Made by a program: the position numbers and the translations under genes. A stretch of 63,831 nt of DNA, the filler included, from Octopus bimaculoides (Eukaryota), in the NCBI RefSeq assembly GCF_001194135.2. It is 7 parts of 7 records of this genome, joined end to end, with 100 filler letters (N's around TTAATTAATTAA, not from the genome) between each part and the next. Parts side by side here need not be neighbours in the genome. Positions count along the whole stretch, not along the records: positions 8,369 to 34,025 come from NC_068995.1; positions 34,126 to 51,170 come from NC_068989.1; 5 more parts are not named here. One strand, given 5' to 3'. Numbering within the stretch: the stretch's first letter is position 1; every line of letters starts with the position of its first letter. Under the pieces are notes generated by a model. The model saw only the letters and a program-made list of their open reading frames with translations. It did no database searches and was not told the origin of the DNA. Positions 26,095 through 39,009 of the stretch are shown piece by piece.

Positions 26095-26177
26095 TTCTGG
26101 TCACTGCCTAGACTCGAACTCGGAATCTTGTGGTTAGTAGCGCACGCTCTTAACCACTACGCCATATGCCCGTGGGC
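25855..26177 (-). mobile_element. SINE-like element: tRNA-derived head + (ACT)n(AAT)n + Penelope-like segment with hammerhead ribozyme
   Basis: A box TGGCGTAGTGG (26154-26164), B box GTTCGAGTC (26111-26119), trinucleotide tract 26036-26094 and hammerhead core 25940-25985, all on the minus strand. Flanks TATGTCATC and TTTGTCATA are a possible imperfect TSD. Confidence 0.7.
25940..25985 (-). ncRNA. Minimal type I hammerhead ribozyme motif
   Basis: Minus strand GACAU-CUGAUGA-A-GGCUG(GAGGGUAUAU)CAGCC-GAAAC-GUU-GUGUU. The core is canonical, stem II is 5 bp, stem I is GACAU/GUGUU with two G.U pairs, and stem III is reduced to the palindrome AACGUU. Confidence 0.75.
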
Positions 26178-26244
26178 TTTGTCATATATCTCTGGGAGGC
26201 ATCACATATGTAATTAGCAGCCGCCAAAAATGTCAGCATGGTAC

Positions 26245-26700
26245 TACCCTACTATAAGACCCGACGGTGTCGCAAAAGCAACATACAACACCATCCGGAG
26301 AAATAGGCTGGCCTGTTATTGAATACATTTGCAGACATCATTACAAGGAATAATGGTGGAACATTTCTATCACAACATCTGTCGAGTGTAAGCATAACGC
26401 ACCGGATATTGTTGCTTGGGACAGATAAGAAAAAAGCATTTACTATCGTAGGGGACAGGTAATCTGCTGATGTGAATATCTCTTTGAAAATCAGTGAGAT
26501 AGAGGATAGCTATGGACAGCTGATTCAAAACCTCCAGTTTACATTTATACGAATAACGATTGATGCACTTGGTTTTTTGAGTAAATAACTGACAATCTTG
26601 AGAGGCTTGGATTTTCAGAAAAAGAAATCAATCACCAAACTCGCACATTACAAATATAATCTGTAAGTGGAACAGTAAAAATATGCAAGACTTTTCTCGG
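26245..26700 (+). mobile_element. 3' remnant of an RLE-type non-LTR retrotransposon (R4/Dong-like or related)
   Basis: Decayed translation E*WWNISITTSVECKHNAPDIVAWD, ADVNISLKISEIEDSYGQLIQNLQ, ITIDALG, LERLGFSEKEI and SVSGTVKICKTFL matches the PD-(D/E)xK restriction-like endonuclease C-terminus. Confidence 0.75.
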
Positions 26701-26902
26701 GTTTGTGGCAATCGTTTGTTTATCTACATTCCAACGATGGAGTTTTGTATCTTTGTTTGAAACCAGGTCTTTTCTCAAAGGAAGAAATTAAATAAACAGA
26801 AGACGACATGCATTAGTGTATATACATGTGTATGTTATATGTGTGTATGCCTGTATGTATACATACACACACACATACACAAACACACAAACATATTCAT
26901 GT

Positions 26903-26950
<48 letters not shown>

Positions 26951-27156
26951 AAGTATACACACATATATATGTATATATATATAAGTATCTATATATTTAT
27001 ATATGTATGTGTGTGTATATATATATATATATATATACATATACATACATACATACACATAAATATATGAATGTTAGTGCGGGCGTATGCATGTAAATAC
27101 ACATATACATGTATATATACATAAACATACATATATGTGTGGTGTGAAAGAGTGCA

Positions 27157-27191
<35 letters not shown>

Positions 27192-28446
27192 AGCAGACTA
27201 CGATTACAGTCTATTCCAGTTGCAGCCTTTATTGATAAGGCGTATGATAAAAGTTGTTCCAGCCATGACCATCATGTCCTTTTACCACAAAACAGCGCAT
27301 CTAAAGCTACTTTATCCTGTGTTTCTCTCAATTTTCAAATAGTGGAGGCTGATTTACGAGAGATTTTAGTTGTTATTTCTAGCCTGTAAAGCTTCCTTGT
27401 GAAGGTTCCTTTCTAGAATAATGGCACACTTTTGAACAAAGGATGAATTAGATTCTTTGTTTATATTAACTCATCAATCATGAGATATTCTGATAGAGTC
27501 GACAGATAGAATTTGCGTCTATATCTGCATCTGCAGATGAACGTGCGCGTGATTTTGTGTGCGTATGCTTGAGAATCTTTGCATGTATTTGCGTTTGTGT
27601 GTGAGAGAGTGAGTATGTATGTGTGCAAGTGTATGCGTGTGTGTGCGTGTTTGCCTGTGTGTGTGCGTGTGTGTCTGTGTTTGTGTGCCTGCGGATGTGA
27701 TGAGTAATTGCAGTCGTATGTATATATGTGCCCGAGCTGGTTCTCTCTCCTCTGCGCATGTGTGTGTAGGTCTGTGCATATGTATATTGTTGTGCTTGAA
27801 TGTGTAATATGCTTCATTGTGCTAGTGTATGTGTGTGCGTGTGTGAGTATGTGTGCGTGTGTGCTTGTGCGTGTGCGGGTGGATGCGTGTGCATTTGTGT
27901 GCGTGCAGTGTGTGAATAATGACTACCGATATATGTACGTATGCATTCATCGTATAACTTAGGCAAATGTACTCGCGCATACTTGCGATATTAGAATGAG
28001 TAAGAAAGAAACTAAGAAAAATAGAAGAAAAGAAAGAAGGAAATAAAGACGGGCAGGTAAACAGAAAGAAGGAAAGCAGTCAAAGAGCGGAACGAAGGAA
28101 ATACTGGAAGGAATTGTTGACGCTAAAGCATCAAAATCTGTATGTACAAAATGGTGGTACTTTTAACGCTGCTATTCAAGAGAAACTAACTGTTCAGCAA
28201 CGCAATAAAGTTTCTTGACAAATTACATTTGCACTGTCTCTATGAAGACTATTTTTGTTCTTGTTTATTATATTTTATTCTTTTTTTTTAATTTTTGGTA
28301 TCACTAAGAAAAATACGAGTTGAAGCAGGAGAAGAATTACATATTGGTAGTTTTTCACTGGGAGTATGCTCGGGCAGCTTTTAACAAGCTTCTAGACTAT
28401 GACAGCAAATGAATGCGCCATGTAACATTTTAGGGGATATCTAAGC

Positions 28447-28889
28447 CGGAGTTTCTCAACTATTTTTTGCCTATGGAGCCCTTTGATCCCTATTTTATTT
28501 GCACTGTCACTCATAGGCATTCGATTTTTTAAAAATATTATATTATATTTTTATAATAAAATTTTATGAGGAACTGTATTTAAAAACAATTAAACCTTGG
28601 GAGAGGCATTATGCCGGTAATAAACACATGCACTGGTTCAGTCCTTTATTAATTTATAAACAGTATATAGTTTTTTTGTTAAATAATTTCATTGCACTCT
28701 TGCAATCTCTTCAGTAACTTGTCTCTCCACTTCCATTTATTTTGAATGTATGATTTGGCGTTGTTTTAAAAAATTGCTAGAATATTTTCTGTATTGTAGA
28801 AGTATAGCCAATTTATTGCAAATAAATTATAACAACAAAATCTTATATGGACCTTTAAGGGCCATAGGAACCTCGGTTGAGAACCAGTG
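28447..28889. mobile_element. hAT (Charlie-like) MITE, older
   Basis: TIRs CGGAGTTTCTCAAC and GTTGAGAACCAGTG, with degenerate 8-bp flanks ATCTAAGC and TTCTAGAC. Confidence 0.75.
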
Positions 28890-30867
28890 TTCTAGACAAT
28901 ATACGGAGAAATATAGTTTGTCTTGCCACTGACAAGGTCATTGTTTCGTTTCTGCAAAAAGAAAAAAGAAAAAAAGTTAACTTAAATAAAAGACATGAGG
29001 GAACTGAAGCACAGCTGAATGTTGAGTTGAGAATTTAATTTAACTAACACTTTGTGCCTATTGAGATCCTAGATGTTGTGGTAGGGTGTGGGAAAAGGTT
29101 TAGAGTTAAAGTATAAATTTAGACAAAATTCCATGATTGTAATATTCTTGTTATAGTTGGTAATCTCGTGTGCAGATGTAACAGCGAAGATGTTGATTGT
29201 TAAGAAGTATCTCAATCGCTTGTACGCTTGGAATTATATTTAATTTCTCTGTAATAGAAAATGAATAGCTACAGCTTCAACTTAAGGCGACCATTTTGTT
29301 TATTTTATTTTACTTTAATTCATTTTTTATTTTATTTTGTTTTGTTTATAAATTACACACTAGCTTATTATTTTGTCCATTTTGTTCTTTTTTAATTTCA
29401 AATATTTCGGAACAGATATGATGCGACCAATTTCCATCTTTTCTAAATCTTTTTGCGTTAATTGTCACAATATTTTGTCTGTTTATTGAACAACCATACA
29501 GCTGCTGCAAAACTCACTTCTACAGAATATGTAATAGTGTATCATAAGAGTTCAAAACACTTGTTGGCTACAAACAGGGCATTTTTTACTTTTATCAATT
29601 TAGTCACTTGTCTAAAGGAGGTTTCCATAAGTGTTCAGAGCTTTTGTACTTTACCAATCATCAGAGATATGGTCCATATCTTCTAGGGAGGTGGAAGACC
29701 TCTGGCAATGATCCTCTCTATAAACTTCTTGCACTTCTCATAATCACATACACCAAAAGAATAACGGGCATCAAGAGGTTATCCACAAAGTGCCTCTGCA
29801 GTGGTATAAAACAAGACTGCCCCTCTTGATCAAAGAAACAAATTTGTAGTGTTCTTTAATTACGTTGATCTTGTTGGGATGTGGGATGTGGTGATTTTCA
29901 ATTACATAAAATAATTGCTTTGCCACATTTATGTACCGCTAGAACTCTACCGTGTGTGTAATGGCCGCCTGTACCGAATTTAGATCACCATTTAAAATAA
30001 TTCTAAACTCAGCAGGAGCACACAAAATGTACTTCATACTCTAAGTGACTATCACTGAAATGTTAATGGTAGTCAAGATGCAGAAGGGCCTCCAAAGCTG
30101 TAGTTAAGTAACACCCACTTGACTTTAGCATTGGCTATGCTTCAAATTCTCTTAAATATATTTTATCGATAGTCTTTCACGTAGCTGCTACACCTACCAG
30201 AAATGGCAATCAAATTTACCTTAATTTACACTGTACAGTCTTAAAGCGAAAAAAGACACATTGAATAATGTAGTTCTTGAAAGTAGTTCACATTCGTGGA
30301 CTTCTCTATGATGGTGATTAAAGAACTAAAGATATACGACACCCGACAGACTAACATGGTGATTTTGGCGAGAAAGATTTTTATCATTGGCATCTCACTG
30401 AGGAATAACCGATGAGTAAACAACTATATCAACATAAAATCAACTATATCAACATAACAACAAGTGTTGATATAAAATTATTTAGGTTTCTTTTTTCCTT
30501 TCTTTTGATTACCAAAAGATATTTTTTTTTAAACTAAATTTAACGATGATTTTTATCACCGCCACAACATCTATGCATCATCTATCTTCCACATAGTATC
30601 ACTGCGTAAATTCAAGTTGAACATAGATAGATTGATGCCTTCCAGAAAACAGTGAACGAGATTTGCAGTTCTGGGGAGAAAAAGTGGGTCTGAGAAGATG
30701 GGGTAGACAGACGTGGAAGAGATGGCTGCATTAATTAGGCATTGGAGGAAGGCGTCTGCAGAAATTTAGTTCAGAAAAACAGAAGCTATTGTAACATCGA
30801 TAGAAATGACAGAGAGAAGATACAATGACATTGCAAACCTAGTAGTTGTAGAGAGTTACTCTTTTAC

Positions 30868-31230
30868 TCTTTTACTTGTTTCAGGCTGGAGCACCGTCTT
30901 TAGTCGAGCAAATCGACCCCAGGACTTATTCTTTCTAAGCCTAGTACTTATTGTATCGCTCTCTTTTGCCGAACCGTTAAGTTACAAGGACATAAACACA
31001 CCATCATCAGTTGTCAAATGATGTTGGGGGACAAACACAAGCACACAAACATATGCACACACATCCACACACACATATATACATATATACGACGGGCTTC
31101 TTTCAGTTTCCGTCTACCAAATCCACTCACAAGGCTTTGGTCAGCCCGAAGCTATAGTAGAAGACACTTGCCCAAAGTACCACGCAGTAGGACTGAACCC
31201 GGAACCATGCGGTTCGTAAGCAAGCTAATT
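30868..31230 (-). mobile_element. SINE family A
   Basis: Reverse copy with ggagcaccgtctttagtcgagcaaatcgaccccagg and gggcttctttcagtttccgtctaccaaatccactcacaaggc. Confidence 0.85.
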
Positions 31231-32497
31231 ACCAATATTTGTACCGTGGTTAAAGTTCAGTATGCGATCATGAGATTCCCGGTCCTCTTCTACTGCGTGA
31301 CATCAGGGACAAGTCTTTTACCAATGCCTCGAGTTGACCCAAGCTTTGTGAGGGAAATTGTGTAAGCAGCACGCGTGTGGAAGCCCGATAGCTGAATTGT
31401 ACCTATAATTCAAAGGGAGCGTCCTTATCACATATAACCTCAAACTGACTCGGTTTGAGAAGTTCGCTGACAAAAGGGTGATTGAAATATTCAGTTACTT
31501 TACATGTTAATTCAACAAATAGTCCACTTGGTCTAACAACTGAATGCTCATCGTTGAAGATGACGGAAAGCCAATCCATAGAGTGCATGTATCTCAGGAG
31601 CACGTAATCGATAGGAAAAAACATGAACAAAAACACCGTCAACAACAAAAGCGATTAATAGCCAGTACTCGCAACAATGACAAATACCATCTCTCAAAAT
31701 AGATTCCGCTGCACTTCGGTAGATTAATAAACTCATTAAAAGATAAGGGCAGCAGACGCCTCGACACAAAAAACGAAACATGCTCTAACACTTTAAATGA
31801 ACCTTTAAATGGTTACGTGTTCAGCTGAAATCGGTAACCAAATGTATTTCAAATAACAACATATCGATTCGAAAAAGAAAGGATACTTGAATATTACTTT
31901 CAAGTTGTGGTAAAAAGCTAGCAATTTTAGTGGTGGAGTAAGTTGATTACTCTGGCCCCAGTGCTCAACAAGTAGTTATTCTATCGATCACGAAAGCATG
32001 ACAGGTAAAGTCGACCTCAACGGAATTTTGAACTCAGAACGTAAAGTCGGACGAAATGCCGCTAACAGCATTGCCCGGCGTCTTAACGATTCTACCAGCT
32101 CAATACCTTTGGGATACTTCAAAATATATGCAATATTCGGAACAGGCAGAGGGATGGCCATGATTAGAAAGTCTTTAACTATAGGTTTGCTTGGACAGGA
32201 CTGATATACTTGTTCCACAGCAACAAAGACACAATCTTCTAACACCACCACCATCACTATCACAGCTTTTAATAACACTACCATGATTACTACTGCTGTC
32301 ACTAACACCGCTACTAATACCAGTTGTAGATATAATTTGTGCCCATTAGTGTGTATCTAAATGTCAATCCTATTATTATATATTATTCACACTTTGGAAG
32401 GTTTACCAAGATTGATAAACAACATACATATACTAAAAAGAATAATTACTCTAAAGCATTCATACGCACACACACACACACAAACGCACACACACAA

Positions 32498-32545
<48 letters not shown>

Positions 32546-32790
32546 TATTCACAATTTGTAAGGTTTACCTAGATTGATATGCACCAAGCATATATATCTG
32601 CACAAACACACCGTCGCCAACACAGAAGCACATACCTACACACATGTATACGCATGCATATTTATATATATGTTTGTGTATGTATACATGCATATGTGTG
32701 TGTGTATATATATATATATATATAAATATGCGTATGTATATAGTACATACACATACACACAAATACACGCATACACAAATATATATATAT

Positions 32791-32838
<48 letters not shown>

Positions 32839-32849
32839 ACTAAGTGACA

Positions 32850-33875
32850 CATAGGAGAGGAGGATTATATTTTTTAGATATACCAGCGAAAGTCCGACAG
32901 CCAAAACGGAAATAGCCTTAGCTGTAGCGAGTTCTGCAATTTCTGCCACTTTACTCTCGAGAGGTCGAATAGCTCACGCAGCATTCAAGCTGCCATTCAT
33001 TCTAACTTCAAATGATGATCCTGTCTGCAGTATTAGCTAAAATTCTTCTTTAGCTCAAGTTCTCATGAAATGTTCTTTGTGCATATGGGTCGAAGCTACA
33101 ATATCCCATTAAAAAATCAGTAGAAGTTGTTAATAGAGTGCTGCAGGATTTGCGCAATTCCAGTTGTTTGATGCGAGGTGTAACAGTAGTACTTTCAGAT
33201 AATTTCAGGCAAACTTTGCCTGTCAATCCAATGGGGAAGAAAGGTGGATGAGTTGAAAGCATACTCGAAATCTTCTATTTTATGGAAACATATTGAAGTG
33301 TTAAAGCTTTCTACAAATATGAGGGCATATTTGTATAGGGATCATCTGTCTGAACAATTTTCCCATACTATATTGCAACTTGGAGAAGGAAGGCCAGATA
33401 TCAATCATAAAGGTGACTTGAATCCATCAAAGATCTGCGTCTTGGTCAGCTTGGTTGAGGAACTTACTGAAAAAGTTTTTCCAAGTATAATTTCAAATTA
33501 CAAAACTGCTTGGCTGGTTGGTTGTGCGAAAGAGCAATCATGGCACCAAAGTACGTTACTGTCAATAATTTAAATGAATGACTGGAGAACCTTTTACCAG
33601 GAAAAAAAAAACATATTTACAAATCTCTAGACTCTGTTGTGGATTAATCGGAAATAGTCAATTACTCGGTTGAGTTCTTAAACACACTGCAGCCTCCAGG
33701 AGCTCCTCCACATTGCCTTCCATTGAAAATAGGCGCTCCAATCATGCATCTGCGCAACCTTTCGCAACGAAGGCTGTGCAATGGCACAACACTTTTTGTC
33801 GAGAAATTGATGAGAAATGTCGTGTAGGCCATAATAATTTCTGGCTGTGGAAAAGGGGAAGATGTTTTTATTCCT
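32850..33875 (+). pseudogene. Helitron PIF1-like helicase remnant
   Basis: [114 protein letters not shown] and IISGCGKGEDVFIP, with multiple frameshifts and stops. Confidence 0.92.
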
Positions 33876-34357
33876 GGCTGACGGAAAAAGAAATGAAACT
33901 CATTAGATACGCTAGATAAAAAGGCCAGAGGATTAATATTAATTAATTTTTTTAATAGATATGTATAACTATATGATTTGATTATAAAATTCTTATAATA
34001 TGAATAAATTTGTGCTGACCATCTANNNNNNNNNNNNNNNNNNNNNNNNNNNNNNNNNNNNNNNNNNNNTTAATTAATTAANNNNNNNNNNNNNNNNNNN
34101 NNNNNNNNNNNNNNNNNNNNNNNNNAACCTGACTATTTATTTTTGCCATTTATTTATTTAGTTATAATTAGTTTTTTTTACCATTGTATAGCTACTGGCA
34201 TGAGGTATGAGTTCAAGGATGGTGACCTCTTTTAGGATTGAGAAAATAAGGAAAAAGTGATGGGGGGAGGTCATCACTAAAAGTGTTTTTTTCCTTGAGG
34301 TGCCAAGAAAGAAAAGAAGTTCTATGAAAAGTTAAATACATATATGTATATGTGTGC

Positions 34358-34407
<50 letters not shown>

Positions 34408-35754
34408 CGGCGAGTTCATATATTGGGAAATGTGTCTATGTCTACACTGTGTAATTTCGATGTTTTCCATGATAAAATAAATTCAGGTTTCGTTTAATTT
34501 CATCATTAGTGCAATATTTACAAATAAGAAAAGGAACATATATAAATATATATACATATGTGTGTGTGCGCGTGTGCGTATGTATTTATATATATATGTA
34601 AATATATGTATATGTATATGTATATAGATATGTATATGTGTGTTTATATATGTATATATATACATGCATATACAGATATGCATATATATATGTATATATA
34701 AATGTATATAAATATGTGCACATATGTATACATATGTATGCATATACATATGAATGTATATGTGCTTGAATGTATATATGTTTGTACATATACATGTATG
34801 TACATATACATGTATGTATATATGTGTATGTACATATATGTGTATATATATGTATATATATAATCANNNNNNNNNNNNNNNNNNNNNNNNNNNNNNNNNN
34901 NNNNNNNNNNNNNNNNNNNNNNNNNNNNNNNNNNNNNNNNNNNNNNNNNNNNNNNNNNNNNNNNNNNNNNNNNNNNNNNNNNNNNNNNNNNNNNNNNNNN
35001 NNNNNNNNNNNNNNNNNNNNNNNNNNNNNNNNNNNNNNNNNNNNNNNNNNNNNNNNNNNNNNNNNNNNNNNNNNNNNNNNNNNNNNNNNNNNNNNNNNNN
35101 NNNNNNNNNNNNNNNNNNNNNNNNNNNNNNNNNNNNNNNNNNNNNNNNNNNNNNNNNNNNNNNNNNNNNNNNNNNNNNNNNNNNNNNNNNNNNNNNNNNN
35201 NNNNNNNNNNNNNNNNNNNNNNNNNNNNNNNNNNNNNNNNNNNNNNNNNNNNNNNNNNNNNNNNNNNNNNNNNNNNNNNNNNNNNNNNNNNNNNNNNNNN
35301 NNNNNNNNNNNNNNNNNNNNNNNNNNNNNNNNNNNNNNNNNNNNNNNNNNNNNNNNNNNNNNNNNNNNNNNNNNNNNNNNNNNNNNNNNNNNNNNNNNNN
35401 NNNNNNNNNNNNNNNNNNNNNNNNNNNNNNNNNNNNNNNNNNNNNNNNNNNNNNNNNNNNNNNNNNNNNNNNNNNNNNNNNNNNNNNNNNNNNNNNNNNN
35501 NNNNNNNNNNNNNNNNNNNNNNNNNNNNNNNNNNNNNNNNNNNNNNNNNNNNNNNNNNNNNNNNNNNNNNNNNNNNNNNNNNNNNNNNNNNNNNNNNNNN
35601 NNNNNNNNNNNNNNNNNNNNNNNNNNNNNNNNNNNNNNNNNNNNNNNNNNNNNNNNNNNNNNNNNNNNNNNNNNNNNNNNNNNNNNNNNNNNNNNNNNNN
35701 NNNNNNNNNNNNNNNNNNNNNNNNNNNNNNNNNNNNNNNNNNNNNNNNNNNNNN

Positions 35755-35819
<65 letters not shown>

Positions 35820-35886
35820 TATATGTGTGTGCATGCTGGACTACTAAACTCAAAACGTTTTTATCATTATTTATTTCCTCTTATGA

Positions 35887-35922
35887 CTTTCTGTCGAAGA
35901 GCTTAGGCTCGAAACGTAAAAG
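35887..35922 (+). ncRNA. Minimal hammerhead-like motif with variant CUGUCGA core, in a Penelope-like terminal repeat (35860-36010)
   Basis: CUUU-CUGUCGA-A-GAGC(UUAG)GCUC-GAAAC-GUA-AAAG. Stem I is CUUU/AAAG, stem II is 4 bp, and the cleavage triplet is GUA. Confidence 0.6.
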
Positions 35923-37189
35923 ACTTTTAAATTTTTCCTAAGCATCAAACTAATACATTTGCTTGCTGTTCCTACACCTGCCTTCGTCTTTGTTTTTCTA
36001 TAAATTTGAACTTTGCATGTATGTATGTATGTATGTATGTATGAATATATAGAATTCCAGTTAGAGAGATAGACAGATAGATAGATAGACATACATGCAT
36101 ACAGATAGATTTATAAGTACATACACACAACCACACAATCAAACACGCACATATGCATATAACATTGCTACGGTAGCGTCACATGTTCTACATGATTTTT
36201 ATGCTATGTTATTTCCTATACCTCACACACACGCATACACACACTTTGAATCCTCGAACAACTCAAAGTTTTGCTGATGTATGGTCTCGTGAAAAATTAT
36301 ATACATATCTTTATAGAAAGCCTTTCAACATCTTCAATGACCATCGGCAACTATTAACATTATTCAGTGAATGGGAAGACCTCTGCCACGAATACTTTTA
36401 TAAGGGTTTAGATTGATGTTTTACGAATAACAGGGTAGAGTTTATTAATGACGTCTGGAATACTGCAGATGTACTGTCATATCAGCCAATGGCAACAGCA
36501 GTATATTGATGAGGTTGAATATTGTGAACGATATATCAGTTTTGTACTGGCAAATACAATTTCCAAAGTCAAGGTATAATCTAATTTTTAAGGCTTTCAA
36601 AGAAAGGCATCAGGTGTACAAGTTAGCCACTCTCCAGGAAGAAGCAATGTTGAAAAATAATGGTTCTAAACAAGGCCAGCAATTTCGGGAACGGGATAAG
36701 TCGATTACATCGATTCCAGAGTTCAACTGCTGCTTATTTTATCGACCTAAAATAGATGGAAGGCAAAGTCAACCTCGACTCACAATGCGCAAAAACGGAG
36801 GAAATGTTGCTAAGCATTTTGGCCGGCGTGCTAGCGATTCTGCCAGCTCGCCAACTTGACGTCGAAAAATAACGGTTTCACGTTTGGCACAAGGCTAGCA
36901 ATTTCGGGATAAGGGGTGAGTCAGTTATATTGACCCCCAATGCTCAGCTAGAACTTATTTTATCGAGCCCGAAAGGATGAAAGCAAAGTCGACGTCAGCA
37001 GAATTTGAACTCAAAATACGTAAAGACGGACGGAATGGCGCTAAGTATTTTGCTTGGCGTAATTCCGCTAGCTCGCCCCCCTAGTGTTGGAATATAATGA
37101 CTGTAGCATCAGTTACCTTCATGTTTGTTAACGATCATTCCATTTTCATCAGCATCCATGATTCAGAGGAACCTCAAGATATGATAGCC

Positions 37190-37229
<40 letters not shown>

Positions 37230-37267
37230 AGACAGAGAGAGAGAGACTGAGACAGACAGACAGACAA

Positions 37268-37314
<47 letters not shown>

Positions 37315-37327
37315 AACAGACAGACAA

Positions 37328-37358
<31 letters not shown>

Positions 37359-37559
37359 AACAGACAGACAGAGCTCATCATTACTCAGCTGGCACTCATT
37401 TACAGTACTGCACTGGTATTAAAATACATTCTCCATTTACAACGATATTTTAACTGTTTGCTAATTGACATTTCATTCATTTCGTTATATGGTTTCGCTT
37501 GAGTAGCCATAAGTATTGTAAAACGTTTTGATCCGAAATACTATGGACTAATCATTTCT

Positions 37560-37905
37560 TATGCACATCAAGTACAGTAGAGCCAGTCATCAGCCACCAG
37601 CCACGAGCGAGTATGATTTGGTAACATGTTGTATGCCTTTTGCAAGGTATTTTCAATGCCTATGTTGTCGTGTGCACACATCACATCCTTGATCCAGCGG
37701 AACATGGTAGCTGGTAGGAGAGAAATAGAAAGGGCTACACCAGTACTCGGCGGGTATTCATTTACAATTGAGTAGACAGGAGTGTTGTAAAAATTGTACA
37801 ATGTCTTGCGCAAGAAGACAACGTGCCACTTGGTCCAGGAATTGAACGCACAACTTTATAACTATGAGCTGAGTAGCCATACCCACTTGGCCACGGGCCT
37901 CCAAA
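37560..37905 (-). mobile_element. tRNA-derived SINE, additional family
   Basis: Minus-strand head TGGAGGCCCGTGGCCAAGTGG...GCGTTCAATTCCTGG with A/B-box-like motifs. Confidence 0.55.
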
Positions 37906-38030
37906 ACACTCCTACACACGTACATATATTTATATTAGCAAAAATATTACAAAAGCATAGCATGGCCGCTACCAATGCAAGATTCCAGAAGTTTCAACGC
38001 AAGCCGAGTTAAAATAAATAAATGATAATG

Positions 38031-38089
<59 letters not shown>

Positions 38090-38094
<5 letters not shown>

Positions 38095-38581
38095 GAACAC
38101 TCAGAGAGCGCAAACCTCTGCAAGACAACACCAGCGTCCTCCCACCGATTAGCCAGAAATTATTTTTAAAACGAGAATATCTGAAATAAACACACCTGCT
38201 CTCACAAACAAGAATACTAAAAATGTACCCGACCGCTCTCAAAAATTAAGTAAGGAAAAGAACGGAAAATAATCCAGAATCTTTGTCCGGTACCTGATCG
38301 ATCCCAGTTGTAGTCATGAAATGTGAAGGTGGCTGTAGAAAATTTAATAACAGTAATAAATAGTTTATCCTTATCTAATACAAGCCAAAGTTAACAAATT
38401 CACCTTTCAGAATAGTTTAAAGGCGGAGAAAATAATAAGCACTACTCAGGAATTTTTTAATGAATAGCATGAGACCTTTTGGTCTTCTCTTCTCTTAAAT
38501 TCCGGCCTTCATTTAGTATTGCTGTTATTTTAGATCGATGTATAGATGTATGTATATATGTAAGTATACTGTAAAGTGTTA

Positions 38582-38615
<34 letters not shown>

Positions 38616-39009
38616 TAGTGTTATTTAATTTCTGAACGGTTTTACTGCCGTTTGTTTATGTAGTTTGATTTCTTTATCCATGAGTTTCTACTAAGATAGA
38701 GATGCGAGTAAAATTGATAATAGAGAAACGAAAGTAAGATTTTGGAAACAGCATAAAGAGAGATAATTGAGAAAGACTTGAAAGTTAACGTAAGTCATGT
38801 AAAATAGAGTAAATATAACAAATAATCCAGAATCCTTGTCTGGAACCGGACCGATCCCAAAATCTAATCAGTTCGTGCCAGTCACGAGGCCAAACATCCC
38901 TGAAGGTTTCATTCGAATCCATTAAGCGGTTCTTGAGATATCCAGTCCATGGACAAACAAACAAACACGACTGAAAACAATACCTCCGCCTTCGCTAAGG
39001 CGGAGTTAA
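38090..39009 (+). mobile_element. Helentron-associated non-autonomous element (HINE/DINE-1-like)
   Basis: Starts AACAAGAACACTCAGAGAGCGCAAACCTC after an (AAT)n tract. Ends with a perfect 9-bp hairpin CTCCGCCTT-CGCT-AAGGCGGAG (38984-39005) preceded by (CAAA)n. An internal ~40-bp direct repeat (aataatccagaatc.ttgtc.gg.acc.ga.cgatccca) occurs at about 38268 and 38821. Confidence 0.7.

Noticed and set aside
26100-26177. Possible tRNA gene (likewise the heads at 53480-53555 and 37830-37905)
   Set aside because: The acceptor and anticodon stems do not pair properly and each continues into a SINE body, so these are tRNA-derived heads only.
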